A stretch of DNA of 64,000 nt from the human T2T-CHM13v2.0 reference genome, Homo sapiens (GCF_009914755.1 NC_060937.1); one strand, 5' to 3'. Positions 17,212 to 30,436 are shown, counted from the first letter of the stretch. Notes: generated by a model from the letters alone, not told the origin. Made by a program: numbers and translations.

Positions 17212-19442
17212 GCAATATATGGCTTGGCCATCTCCTCATCCCAGACCTCATCTTGAATTGTCATTCCCATAATCCCCACATGTCAAGGGTGGTACCAGGT
17301 GAAGATAAGTCAATCATGAGGGTGGTTTCCCCATAGTGTTCTCATGATAGTGAGTTCTCACGAGATCTGATGGTTTTATAAGGGGTTTCCCTTTCACTTG
17401 GCTCTCATTATCTCTTGCCTGCTGCCATGTAAGATGTGCCTTTGCACCTTCTTCACCCTCCTCCATGATTGTGAGGACTCCCCAGCCATATAGAACTGTG
17501 AGTTCATTAAACCTGTTTTTCTTGATAAATTACCCAGTCTGGGATATTTTCTTCATAGTAGCATGAGGATGAACTAATGCAGTAAATTGGTACCAGGAGT
17601 GGGGTGCTAATGTAAAGATACCTGAAAATGTGAAAGCAACTTTGGAACTGGGTAACAGGCAGAAGTGGAACAGTTTGGAGGGCTCAGAAGAAGACAGAAA
17701 AATGTAGGAAAATTTGGAAATTCTTAGAGACCTGTTGAATGATTTTGACCAAAATGCTGATAGTGATATGAGCAATGAAGTCCATGTTGAGGTGGTCTCA
17801 GATGGAGATGAGAAACTGGTTGGGACTGGAGCAAAGGTGACTCTTGTTATGCTTTAGCAAAGAGACTGGTGGCACTTTGCCCCTGCCTTAGAGATTTGTG
17901 GAACTTTGAACTTGAAAGAAATGACTTAGGGCATCTGGTGGAAACAATTTCTAAGAGCAAAGTGTTCCAGACATGACTTGGGTGCTCTTAAAAGCATTCA
18001 GTTTTATTAACTCACAAAGATAAGGCTTAGAATTGGAACTTATGCTTAAAGGGGAAGCAGAGCATAAAAGCTTGGAAAACGTGCAGTCTGATGATGCAAT
18101 AGAAAAGAAAACCAATTTTCTGAGGAGAAATTCAAGCAGGCTGCAAAAATTTGCATACGTAATAAGCCAAATGTTGATTACCAAAACAACAGGGAAAGTG
18201 TCTCCAGGGCATGTCATATACCTTCCTGGCAGCCCCTCCTATCTCAGGCCCAGAGGCCTAGGAGGAAATAATGTTTTTGTGGACTGAGCCCAGGGCCCTT
18301 CTGCCATGTGCAGCCTAGGAACTTGGTGCCTTGCAACCCAGCCATTCCAGCTGTGGCTAAAAGGGGCCAGTGTAAGCTTGGGCCATGGCCTCAGAGGGTG
18401 CAAGCCCCAAGCCTTGGCAACTTCCATGTGGCGTTCAGCCTGCAGGTGCACAAAAGTCAAGAATTGAGGCTTGGAAACCTCTGCCTAGATTTCACAAGAT
18501 GTATGGAAATGCCTGGGTGTCCAGGAAGAAGTTTGCTCCAGGGGCAGGGCCCTCATGGAGAACCTATGCTAGGGCAGTGCAGAAGGAAACTGTGGGGTGG
18601 GGGTTCCCACATAGAGTCCCCACTGGGACACTTAGCACCAGCCCATGAAGGCAGCCAGGAGCAGAGTTGTACCCTGAAAAGCCACAGGGGCAGAGCTACC
18701 CAAGGCCATGGGAGCCCACCTCTTGCATCAGTGTGACCTGGATGTGAGACATGGAGTCAAAAATAATCATTTTGGAGCTTTAAGATTTGACTGCCCCACT
18801 GGACTTCAGACTTGCATGGGGCTTGTAATCCCTTTGTTTTGGCCACTTCTCCCATTTGGAATAGGTGTCTTTACCCAATGCCTGTACCCCCATTGTATCT
18901 AGGAAGTAACTAACTTGCTTTTGATTTTACAGGCTCATAGGCAGAAGGGGCTTGCCTTGTCTCAGGTGAGACTTTGATCTTGAACATTGGGATGAAAGCT
19001 GGAATGAGTTAAGATTTGGGGGACCGTTGAAAAGGCACGAATGTGTTTTGAAATGGGAGGACATGAGATTTGTGAGGTGCCAGCAGTGGAAAGATTTGAC
19101 TGTGTTGCCACCAAAAATCTCATCTTGAATTGTAATAATTTCCACATGTCAAGGGCAGGATCAGGTGGAGATAACTGAATCATGGGGGCAGTTTTCTCTA
19201 TACTTTTCTCATGGTCATGAGTGAATTCTCATGAGAATTGATTGTTTTTATAAGGGGTTTTCCCCTTCACTTGGCTCTTGCCTGCCACCCTGTCAATGTT
19301 GCCTTTGCTCCTCTTTTGCCTTCCACCATGACTGTGAGAGGTCCTCAGCTATGTGGAATTGTGAGCCAATTAAACCTCTTTTTCTTGATAAATTTCCCAC
19401 TCTCAGGTATTTTCTTCATAACAGCATGAGAATAAACTATCA
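17212..19442 (+). mobile_element. Complete THE1 (THE1C/D-like) MaLR provirus: LTR ~17212-17581, internal ~17582-19086, LTR ~19087-19442
   Basis: Two direct LTRs sharing 'tctcatcttgaattgt', 'gttttataaggggttt' and 'ttaaacct..ttttcttgataaatt'. The internal region starts 'gtaaattggtaccaggagtgggg'. Probable 5-bp TSD tactg/tacta. Splits the L1 at 'aaatactg|...|ataagtgggagc'. Confidence 0.95.
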
Positions 19443-20199
19443 TACTACCTGATTTCATAAGTGGGAGCTAAACAATGTAGACTCATGGACATAAATATGG
19501 CAACGATTAACATTGGGGACTACTTCAGGGAGGGAGGGGGCAAGGGTTTGAAAACTAACTTTTGAGTAGTGTGCTTAGTACTAGGGTGATGGGATTAATC
19601 ATAACCCCAAACCTCAGCATCATGAAATCTACCCAGGTAATAAACTTGTGCATACACTCGCTGAATCTAAAACAAAAGTTGAAATTGTAAAATAAAAAAT
19701 ATAAATACATTTGGAATGGATTACTTCAAAAAAGAAAACTGTCTCCTTAGAGAAGTTACCATGATTGAAAAGTATTATTAGCTTCCTATTTATTCCACCA
19801 ATTTACATATGATTGGATTGTAGGAACTTCTATAATGACTGTAAAACTGACTTATGCCAGCCTGATTCTAAAATGTTGATGTTAGGTGATTCATACATGA
19901 GGGAGAGTTTGTGTACTTGCCATTTCAAAGACATTTATAAGGGTTCTGAAAAGGAATGCTGTTGGCTACTATAGTGTTCATAAATTTTCTCTGCTTTGCA
20001 GGTTTTCATAGATGCTTCAGTTAAAGTTTGTTGTGTATCAAATGAACTGAATGGATTAGCTTTTCTTACTCCCAGAGTGGAAGATCATTATTTTCCATAG
20101 AGAATTCAGTCATTAACCACCAGAATTGAAGGTTCTGCAACATTTCTGCTTCCTCTCCATTGTTTTCTGGTCGGATGAATCATGGTCATGACAAAAAAG

Positions 20200-21339
<1,140 letters not shown>

Positions 21340-21354
21340 CTCCTTACATGATGG

Positions 21355-21970
21355 ATTCTCCATACCTGTATTAGCACTTTGGTCACAATTATTTAAACTG
21401 TCTCTAAGAAGTTCAAAACTTTCCCTTTTCTTTCTATCTTCTATGCCCTTCAAACTCTTCCAACCGGTGTTTCTTACCCAGTTCCATAGCTGCTTCTAGA
21501 TTTTTTAGATATTTTTATAGCAACACCACACTCCTCAGTACCAATTTTCTGTGTTAGACTGCTTTTTACATAGCTATAAAAGAATAATACTGTGGAATTT
21601 GTAGAGAAAAGAGGTTTAATTGGCTCACAGTTCTGCAGGCCATACAGAAGCATGGTGCTGGAATCCGCTTGACTTCTGAGGAGGGCCTGAGGAAGCTTCC
21701 AATTATGGTAGAAGGCAATGGGGAAACATGCATGTCACATGGTGACAGCAGGAACAAGAAAGCAGGAGAGGTCTCAGACACTTCTAAATAACAAAATCTT
21801 GCATGAACTAACTGAGACAGAAGTCACTTACCATTAAGAGAATGGTGCTGAACCATTAATGAGGGATCTGTCCACAATCACCTTCCACTAGGCCCCATCT
21901 CCAACACTGAGGATCACATTTCAATATGTAATGTGGAGATTTGGAGGGGACAAACATCCAAACCATATCA
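21355..21970 (-). mobile_element. MSTB-like MaLR 5' LTR (21550-21970) plus ~200 bp of internal sequence
   Basis: LTR ends 'tgtgttag...aaaccatatca'. The adjoining 'gtaccaattttc' is the reverse complement of the MST internal start. Confidence 0.9.
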
Positions 21971-22029
21971 CTATGGATACCCAGGACTATTACCATACTG
22001 AACATTCAGCACTATTTCATTATGTTAAT

Positions 22030-22770
22030 TCCCAGAATAACTGTATCAAGATTTTTTTTCCACTAAAAGTGCATAATGTTCCCTTATCCCCATATACTCA
22101 CCAAAAAAAATTGGATTTCCAGTCTTCTAATTTCACCTATTTTTTTACAGTTGTAAAGACATATTTATTTTTGGTGTAATCTTCACATCTTGGATTAGTA
22201 ATGAGTTTAAGCATTAGTACATATTTAAACTTTTTTCTATGAATTGCTTTTTTTCTGGCCTTTTTTCATTTTCTAAGTTGGGTTTACTATCTTTTACTGG
22301 TTTTATTAGAGTTCTTTCTATAACAGATATTACTTATTGTTTGCATTTGGATCTTTGACATATCTTCTTTCCAACTGCCATCTTTCTGTTAACTCTCACT
22401 ATGGGAACCTTCATTAAACAGAAATCCTTAATTTTGATTTATGAAATACGTATCTCTTTGGCTTTATAGCTCATGCTTTTGGAATATTTGCCTTCAAGAA
22501 ATATTTCCAATTATAATTCACAATGATATTCCCTTATGTTTTCTTCAGTTTGGTTTGTATTTATGTCTTCTATATTAAGTTTCTATTCTGTGTATAGTCC
22601 ATCTTTGCATAGGGTAGGTGGTAGGGGTTTAACCTTGTCTTTCTCCACATAACGAACAAATTTTAAAAAATAAAATCTATCAAATTACCTATCCCCACTG
22701 TTTTGAGATGCCATCTATACTATATTTCAAGTCTTATGGGCCTTGGGCTGGACTTAATATTCTGTTCCAT
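22030..22770 (-). mobile_element. Highly diverged L1ME-like fragment
   Basis: Degenerate ORF2 3' motifs ('ttcccttatccccatatactcacc', 'ttttttctatgaattgc', 'aacagaaatccttaattttgat'). Confidence 0.6.
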
Positions 22771-23130
22771 TTTTTTCCTACTTGCCTGTTGCTGGGGTAG
22801 AAATGGCGATAAACATGCTGTGGTTCTGAAGTTCATGAGCAAATTAGGGGAAGGAGCCAACATCCCATGCTTTTTCAACATTCCAACCTACAAACTGTAA
22901 CCAGATTGATCTGAAACAAATTTTGGATTGTGTGGAATATCTTCACTGAATCTCCAAGGACTACCATATATTGCTCAAATACGTAACCCAGCATTCAACA
23001 TATTCCATGGCCCTAATAAATTCTCCTAAATTTACTTCTCATTATTTGTGTATAATGAAGTGTTCAGATAAACTGTTCTCCTTGCTGTTCTTCAATTATT
23101 TCCTGTGACTTCTCACCCCTGTATTTTAAA

Positions 23131-23295
23131 CATCACAGAATTTAAGAACTTAAGGCAACATTGAAGATGATCTAGTTCAACCCACATTTTACAGATGTGG
23201 AGATGAAGGACCATGTATGTGATCATTAGTAAGTGAAAGGACTTGCACTCACACTTGCGTCTCAGACGTACCAGCCCCTGCTATTTTTAACTACA
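23131..23295 (-). mobile_element. MIR3-like SINE relic
   Basis: 'gatgatctagttcaacccacattttacagatgtggaga' core-like motif. Confidence 0.65.
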
Positions 23296-23309
23296 CTGAA
23301 TTCACTTTG

Positions 23310-23635
23310 TCCATGCCCTTTCTGATGCCTCAAATGCTTTCTTCAACAACCGCTCCCTCTCTAATCTGCCCGTCAAAATCCTGCCCTTCTTAAAGGGGTT
23401 GAGTATTACTTCTCCATCAAAGCTTTCCCTAATCCTCTTAAAGTGAATCCTTTATTCTCTAGTTTAACATAAAACTCTGCACCTCTCTTTCTGAACTTGT
23501 ATTCAGCCCTGGACTGTGGAATTTATGTCATATCATCTCCCTCCTCCTAAAACGTTGTGTTTTGCAAGGAGGGACAATGTCATTCCTTTTGGTGCTTAGT
23601 GCATTAAAAACGCTTGAATAACATTTGAGTGAAGG
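23310..23635 (+). mobile_element. L2 3' end relic
   Basis: 'tacttctccatcaaagctttccctaatcc' and 'ggagggacaatgtc...gcttgaataacatttgagtgaa' resemble the L2 tail. Confidence 0.55.
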
Positions 23636-24829
23636 CCTGGAAGTGATTAAATAACAAATCCTTCAAGAGCAATTGGCAGCCTATCCTTCCATAGTACATG
23701 TGTGCTGGGGGGGAAGAACACAGAGGCCCTGCAATAGTCTGTCTTTTTTTTTTTTTCTTTAGCTGAAAGTAAACATCTTGAAAGTTTGCTGTAGTTTCTG
23801 TGATTTGATAACTAATTTTGCTTCATCATAAAATGGAGGTGGTAACAGGTCATTGTCATTTTTTTCCTTAAATGTTAAACTGATCAAACAGCTATTAGAG
23901 ATATAATATTTCATAAAATACAGATATTAGACAGAATCAAATAAGAATAAAGCAGAAGGCCTAAGAGTCACTTGATATTTTTTTACTTTTTTTTTTTCTT
24001 ACCTTTCTCCCAAAGCCACGTGCATGGATGGGCAATGTCAACAAGTGTTGATGCAGGTGACAGGGAGCCAAGAGAGAGAAATGAAGGTGGAAATAGTATA
24101 TGATTATTAGGTTCATTAAAAAAACAGAGATTAGGTAGTGAATATTAGAAGGTGGTTGCTAATGGAAAGTAAAACACTGTAGTTAAAAGACATTTATGTC
24201 ATTCTAAGCAAAAACTGAACTGCAGAAAATTAAGAAGGGGCCCCTATGATGTGCTAGCTAGGGGCCCAACAGAATGCCTAACACTGGTAATGAAGCAACA
24301 GCAGCTTCAGGAAAAGCAGAATATTTTGCTATATTCTAGGCCCCAGTCTTTCTGGGAGACACTAAAGAAGGTTATCTTGTTAGAATTCAGAAAATTGATA
24401 AAATGTGAATTACTCACTCTGATTTATCAGGGGCAGAACACTGAAAATCAAGACAGGAAACACTGGTAGGTTTAATTTTTTAGTTTTGTGGGTTTTTTTT
24501 TTCTTATTTGTTGAAATACTATTCATTTAACAATGGATCCTTGCTGTTGCTGACCACTTTTTGTTTTTACTATATTTCAGTATAACCTCCAAGTATTGTC
24601 TTAATGAAAATTTAGTAGATTAAGTGAAAGTACTGCTGTTGTAACTTGTTCTAATCTTATATATTTGAGAACAAAAAATAATAAATACTAATGGATTTCT
24701 AATCAAAACTGAATATTGGTGTTATATACCTTGTGGATAACATTTAACCTTTGAATTCAAAAGATATTTTGGGTTCATATTTTTTCAAAGAAATTTTAAA
24801 TAATCACCTGGTTACATTTAAAGTCAGAA

Positions 24830-25074
24830 AAGTACGATGGTTAAGAGTTTGCTTTATGAGGTTGGATGGATCTGGGCTTGAATCCTGATTCATTTTCTAC
24901 TTTGCTTGAAGTCAGTAAGGCCATTGAATCATTCCAAGGCTCTGTTTTTTCTTCTATACAATAGACATTGTATACACGAAATAATTTTATTATAAGGCTT
25001 AAATGTAGTATATTATACAAAGTATTTAGAATGGTTTCCGAATCATGGTAACTTTTTAATAAATGGTATCTACT
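24830..25074 (+). mobile_element. MIR SINE relic
   Basis: 'tggttaagag...ctgggcttgaatcctg...ctctgtttttttcttctatacaatag...aataaatggta'. Confidence 0.7.
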
Positions 25075-25167
25075 TAATCCAGTCATGTATACATATGTAA
25101 CAAACCTGCACATCGTGCACATATACCCTAGAACTTAAAGTATAATAAAAAAATAAAATAAATAAAA
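25075..25167 (+). mobile_element. Ultra-short L1PA (L1PA4-6-like) 3'-terminal insertion
   Basis: 'catgtatacatatgtaacaaacctgcac...ccctagaacttaaagtataataaaa' plus A tail, flanked by a perfect 17-bp TSD aataaatggtatctact (25058-25074 / 25168-25184). Confidence 0.95.
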
Positions 25168-25479
25168 AATAAATGGTATCTACTATCAGTAGTGATATCA
25201 TTATAAGCATCATAATTAACAACATGACAATAATAAAGCTTAAGACTGACAATAATTAAGGGGATTGACACTGATTTCATGTCTAGAAGTTATTCCAGCA
25301 ATCACTGGGGTTATGCATGTATGATCTGTCCATGTTAATGTTCAAATAATACAAAACTGTGCCAAATTAAATTGCTTGGTAACTTCCAAAAAGACAATCA
25401 AATTATAACTGTAAAGAACAAAATATCTAGCAGCTACTTTAAGAAATGCAAATCTAATCATATTTACACTAATCAGATT

Positions 25480-25759
25480 TACTGTCCTCCAATGACTTCT
25501 CACTGCACTTGAATAAAATCGAGACTCTTTAAAGTGCTCTTCAATGTGCTACAAGATTTGGCTCCAGCCTCTCTTGGCTTCAGCCTCTCTTGGCTTCACT
25601 TCTTCCCTTTCCTCCTCTTCCTTCACTCACTCTACTTACTAGACATACTCCTCTTTTGCTTGTTTCTTTGTTCCGGAACATGCCCAGAGTTACCTTGATC
25701 AAATCACTGTTTGATTTTTTTTCCTGGCACTTAGGACTACTGAACACCATCCTGCGCGC

Positions 25760-25790
<31 letters not shown>

Positions 25791-25940
25791 TTTATTGTTG
25801 GTTCTCTCCTGACTTGTGGAATGGGAGCTTTATAAAACCAAAAGCAGTTGACATAATTCATACATTTTTGTGTAGAGGCTGAGAACATTGACTGTCACAT
25901 GGTATAGCTCAATAAATAGTTCATGAATAATAAGTAAATG
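25480..25940 (+). mobile_element. L2 3' relic containing a (CG)3(TG)n microsatellite at 25753-25787
   Basis: 'ctccaatgacttctcactgcacttgaataaaatc' and 'cacatggtatagctcaataaatagttcatgaata'. The TG repeat is seen directly. Confidence 0.65.
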
Positions 25941-26032
25941 TATCAATAATTATGCTGAGATGTGGTCAATTCATTTATACCCTAATTTGGGTCCTAATCC
26001 TAAGAGATTTTCCCCCTTTTATTTTTAAGCAA

Positions 26033-26059
26033 AACAACAACAACAACAACAACAACAAC
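26033..26059. repeat. (AAC)n microsatellite
   Basis: About 9 AAC units, seen directly. Confidence 0.95.
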
Positions 26060-27601
26060 CCTAAAGTCATAGTTTATAAGCAGATTTATTTTTCTTTTCT
26101 ATAATATTTTCCATTAGGAACTTTATTTTAACATGCAAATGAATTGTAAGATTATTGTAGGATAAAACCTACTTTATACATAATATTTCTTCATGCTTTT
26201 AAACTGAAATACCAAATATCTAAAAGTTAATCATGGTGCCTTTTGTAAAGTCCAAATTGTTATGCATGGAAGCCTGGGGACAGGTCCTAACATAATTTTT
26301 CATAAAAGTAATCTCACAATAGTTTAAAAATGCAAAGCTTGAAGCCTATTATATTTTTTCTCTTTAAAATACATGTAATTTTATACTGGGTATAGTTGAG
26401 AGCATAGCAGCAGAACATGTATTTCCATAAACTGGTCCACTTGAAGGGATTTTAGAGCTTGCTTTTCTACCTTGTCTATATTGCTGGTTTCAGAGGGTCA
26501 AAAGATTCAGCGTTCAAAACAGTGATCTCCTGAGATTATGGATTTGTCACCATGGCAACAAGCAAACTAAATCAGTAAGGACAGGAGGAAAGATTGTGTC
26601 GTATTATTCACAGCAAGAAAGATCAATAAAACTGTGCTCTTTTAGGCAGATTTATAATCCTATTGTAAAGGTGACTAATATTAGTTGTGAATTTTCTAAT
26701 TTCTGGTAGTTTCTGACCCTGACCTAAAAATGGAAATGTTTAGGTGATAGAATATAAATTTTGAGAAGGACCATTCTTAAACTGTGCTAAATTTCAATGT
26801 CACCCATTAATACCTATTTCTAACCTTAATATACAAATTATTCAGGGTCAGAGTAAGTCTAATTGGAGGTTAATTACTATTCATCTATGTGGGTTGAAGT
26901 ATAAGAAGTGGAAGAGACATTTAAGTTAGCAAATAAAACACATCAGAAGTCAGAAGAGTGTGTTACCAAAGCTGAGGACTCAGTGAAGAATGCCCAGAAG
27001 TATAGTCACCTGGATGGAGAACATTTACTTACTTGAAATAGGAGCAAAACAACTAGACTAGGATCTGGGAATTCTGCATTCTCTCTTCATTACGAAGCCA
27101 TCAGCTGTTGATGTCAGGTCTGGGCTGCCTCATCAGGAACACAAGGAAGCGGAGTTGAGGTTGTGACATGGATGAGGTAGGAATTCGTACTGGTATCAGA
27201 TATTTTAGGAGAGCATCTATCACATTGTACTGTATGGCTATCTACATTTTGTCACCTAAGTCTTGATTGTGAGGTCCAAGTGGGAAAAAATCAGGTATCA
27301 TCTTTTTAATATTAAATACCTATTCACAATGCCTGGTATTTAAAAGTTGTTAAGTGAATACATATTATAGTCTAAATGAATAAAATGACTGAATAAATAA
27401 ATGCCATCCTGGATTCAGTCTTCTGTCCACTTCTGCCCAGTCTTTTGTCTTTGATAACCACATCCAGGGGCAAGTTATTGAAGGATACAGATTGGCCTTT
27501 AATGAACCTAGTTCACAATGGATTGTTAAAACCATTATTTTTCTTAATCCCCTCTTTCTGAATCTAACATCCATAAATTAATAATTCTTTGAGGTGACAG
27601 T

Positions 27602-28107
27602 TGCCAAAGACAAATTGCACCAGATGAAGTTAAACAGGCAAGGGAGACTTTATTCAAGACTATGTAATAAGAGAGAGGGATTGAACTTAACTCCACTGAA
27701 ACAAAAGATAGAGAGTTGTTAAAAATGGGGATGAGCTGGTGGGAAAGAAATGGAGGATGTTAGGTGGCTGACTGGTTAATGTCATTAGGTCATCTGCATT
27801 TGCTCTTTGGCACTTATTAAAGTTAGGTTCCTACTCTCCCACAGAGGCCAGGAGATAGGGACACTATCTTTCTTGATGATTACGCTCTAAATAGATGGTT
27901 CCCTGGTCCTTGAGAAAGGCATTCCTGGGTTGTAAAACTGTTAAGAGGTTGGGAGTAGCTTTATGTCTGAAAGGGGCAGAGGAAGAAATTACAGTATGTT
28001 TTCTAAAGTATATCCTCTAAGAAAAGGGAGGTCAGCGTCTATAGTAAAAAAAAAAAAAAGTTTTAAGCTTAGTAAAGCTAAGTGGAATATTGACAGCATC
28101 TTGGTCA
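27602..28107 (-). mobile_element. MER67-like (ERV1 class) solo LTR
   Basis: TG...CA termini with 4-bp TSD cagt (27598-27601 / 28108-28111). The minus strand begins 'tgaccaagatg' and contains 'ctgacctcccttttcttagag...tactttagaaaac...ctctgcccctttcaga', as recalled for MER67. Confidence 0.8.
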
Positions 28108-28755
28108 CAGTGTAGATTATATTTTACTGCAGAATTTAGCCACACATCAAAAATTTCATTTCGTTCGTCTTGATTTTATTATGTAAGTTACAAAGGATTT
28201 TGAAAAGTTACAATATGCTGAAATTTATTGTACGTACTTGAGTTCAGTTAGCATGTAGTCTCTTGCATTTTTATAGAGTTTTGTCTTTCCAACCTTATTT
28301 TTATTTTGTTGTTTCTCATTTTTAAAGAATTTCATCTTCTTCCAAAAGCAAAAACTTGATTATTGTTGTTTTTACTTGTAACTTCTGCAGCTTTGGTATA
28401 TTGTTTTAGGAGGAGCAGGAGACAAATGACACTCAAAATCGCAGATATAGTTGCACCAAAATCTTATTCATGAGTTTGAATAATTCATTATACATTAATT
28501 TAGAAACTTTCTGTTGAGAAATATATACATTCAAGACATTGTCTAAAGTGCCATGGGAAGTAAGAAGAGAGGCTTTATTACTCATTCCCTAGGACATTTC
28601 AACTTGGAAGATGATAAGGAAAATGCCCTGTAGTATATCCCTGTGGTAAATGCAATAAAGGAGGCACAAAAGCACTGTGGACATTTGCCAGTGGGAGAGA
28701 TCATTTCCTTTTGAAAAGATGGCATTTGAATGGGACATGGAAAGTTTGACATGTT

Positions 28756-29031
28756 GCTGGGACTGGTGGCTCATGCCTGTAGTCCCAGCTACTTGAAAGG
28801 CTGATGCAGGAGGATTACTTGAGCCCAGGAATTTTGGGCTGTAACTTGCAATGCTGATTGGGTGTTTGCACTAAGTTCAGCATCAACACGGTAACCTCCC
28901 AGGTGTGGAGGACAACCAGGTTGCCTGGGGAGGGGTGAACTGGCTCAGTTTGTGAATGGAGTGGGTCAAAACTCTTGTGCTGATCAGTAGTGGGATTGTG
29001 CCTGTGAATAGCCACTGCACTGTAGCCTGGG
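28756..29031 (+). pseudogene. RN7SL: 7SL (SRP) RNA retropseudogene, 3'-truncated with no A tail
   Basis: Alu-domain 5' part, then the S domain absent from Alus ('tgcactaagttcagcatcaa...accaggttgcct...gaggggtgaactggctcag...gtcaaaactc..gtgctgatcagtagtgggat'), then 'gccactgcactgtagcctggg'. The locus number cannot be assigned. Confidence 0.95.
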
Positions 29032-29897
29032 AAGCTCAACAGAAGACTGACAGGTCTATTCCGGAAGGAACTTGTTCCAGGTAAAGCAAATGTGTTAGGA
29101 GCTGAGGTATAGAGTAAGGAAAGTGCAGAACATTTTTGATATTTGCCAAGATTGTAAGTACAAAAGAAAATGTATTTAACCCCTTCGTTATGTTCTTTCA
29201 GCAATAAAAAGTTGAGGTGTTATAAGACATCAGTAAAAGTGTCTTCTGTTAGCCTATCAGACATGTAGACAGTCCTGAGGATGATTTGAAATAGGACTTT
29301 ATTTTTTCCCTCAAGGTGTCAATTGAGCCCATTTCAGATGGACACTGAATTTCTTTTTTCTTCTGTATTCTATGTGTCTCCTGTGTCTCAGTTTTTTGAC
29401 CGATTTCTTCTGCCAAGTTGATTGTTCTTTTTTCTCTCAGGCTGTGTCCAGGTTTGTGTTGGGTCAACCTAGGATTATCTTCAATGGAGTAGAAAGATTT
29501 AAGATAGGAAACAAAACTGGGGATGGGAAGAGTCATTACAGCTCATGTGAGGAGTAGACTTGGTTGAACAAAAAGTGTCACTTTATGATTCTAGCCAAAT
29601 GAAGAATTTACAGCCTAAAATTTTTGTTACTGAGATTGGTAATCTCTTAAAGTATAAAGTCTGTAATTCCAGGTTAGTATCTTAAGGTAAATGAAACTAT
29701 CTTTACTTATTTCCCCTCCTTTTCTTATCTAAGCTTAGTTCAGATGAGAATTTCAGAAAAGGGCAGTGGTACGCTTAACCTCAAGATAAGGGTGGATACG
29801 TAGGGGAGGGGTCAGGGTAGGAGGAAGAAAAACATTTCATAAGGAATTAGTACAACAACCAGCTGAGAAGACAGGTTAAGGCCAGCTGGTGGAGATC

Positions 29898-30436
29898 TGT
29901 GGCAGATGATATTTTCCTAAAATGACCACAATATTATTTGCAGTCTCCATGTTTCTAGAACCTTGCAATTTCCCATAAAGATGTGAATTGTACTTTCTAT
30001 AGAATTTGGGTTGGTTCAAAACTGCTCCAGCTAATAGTGCAATACTGTGCAAGTGATGCTCTGTGATTTCTGAGACTAGGTCATCAAAAGGCTAGAGCTT
30101 CTGTTTGACTGCCTTTTGATGGGGACTCTTGCCCTTGTAAGTCAGCCTCCATGCTGTGAGGAAGCCCAAACTAGCCCATGCAGAAAAACTACATAAAAAG
30201 GCCCATGTGGGAAGGACTAACCAACATCAGTTGCTAGACATGTGAACAACTGAGACTTCAGACAAGTATAGCTCCCAGCTTTCAAGTCTTCCAGATGAGA
30301 CCCTTGGCACTGTGGAGCAAGACACGTTATCTGCACTATGCCCTGTTCAAATTCCTGACCCAGGAATGCCTGAACACAATAAATGTTTTTTTCAGTGGCA
30401 CTAAGTTTTGGGGGTAAACTGTTATGCACACAAACT
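29898..30436 (+). mobile_element. MLT1H-like MaLR solo LTR
   Basis: 'tgtggcag...tttctgagactaggtcat...catgctgtgaggaagcccaaactagcc...aaattcctgaccca...cactaagttttgggg...tgttatgca'. Confidence 0.85.

Larger units (their letters stand above)
11173..19706 (+). mobile_element. Full-length L1PA16/17-like (L1P4) element, decayed and interrupted by THE1
   Basis: 5' end 'ttttccaagatggcag...cacttggaaatggcaagatagtacataaagatcaactc'; ORF1 remnant at ~12890-13850; ORF2 remnants (14323..14577, 15150..15335, 15548..15763, 16051..16329) with internal deletions near 14085 and 14795; 3' UTR 'cccaaacctcagcatcatg...ctgaatctaaaacaaaagttgaaatt' plus A-rich tail. Confidence 0.9.

Noticed and set aside
17951-19452. 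Cluster of ORFs up to 142 aa as a novel gene
   Set aside because: All lie within the THE1 internal region or LTR and are decayed MaLR sequence.
28815-29204. 129-aa minus-strand ORF
   Set aside because: It is an antisense reading of the 7SL pseudogene plus flank, with no coding support.
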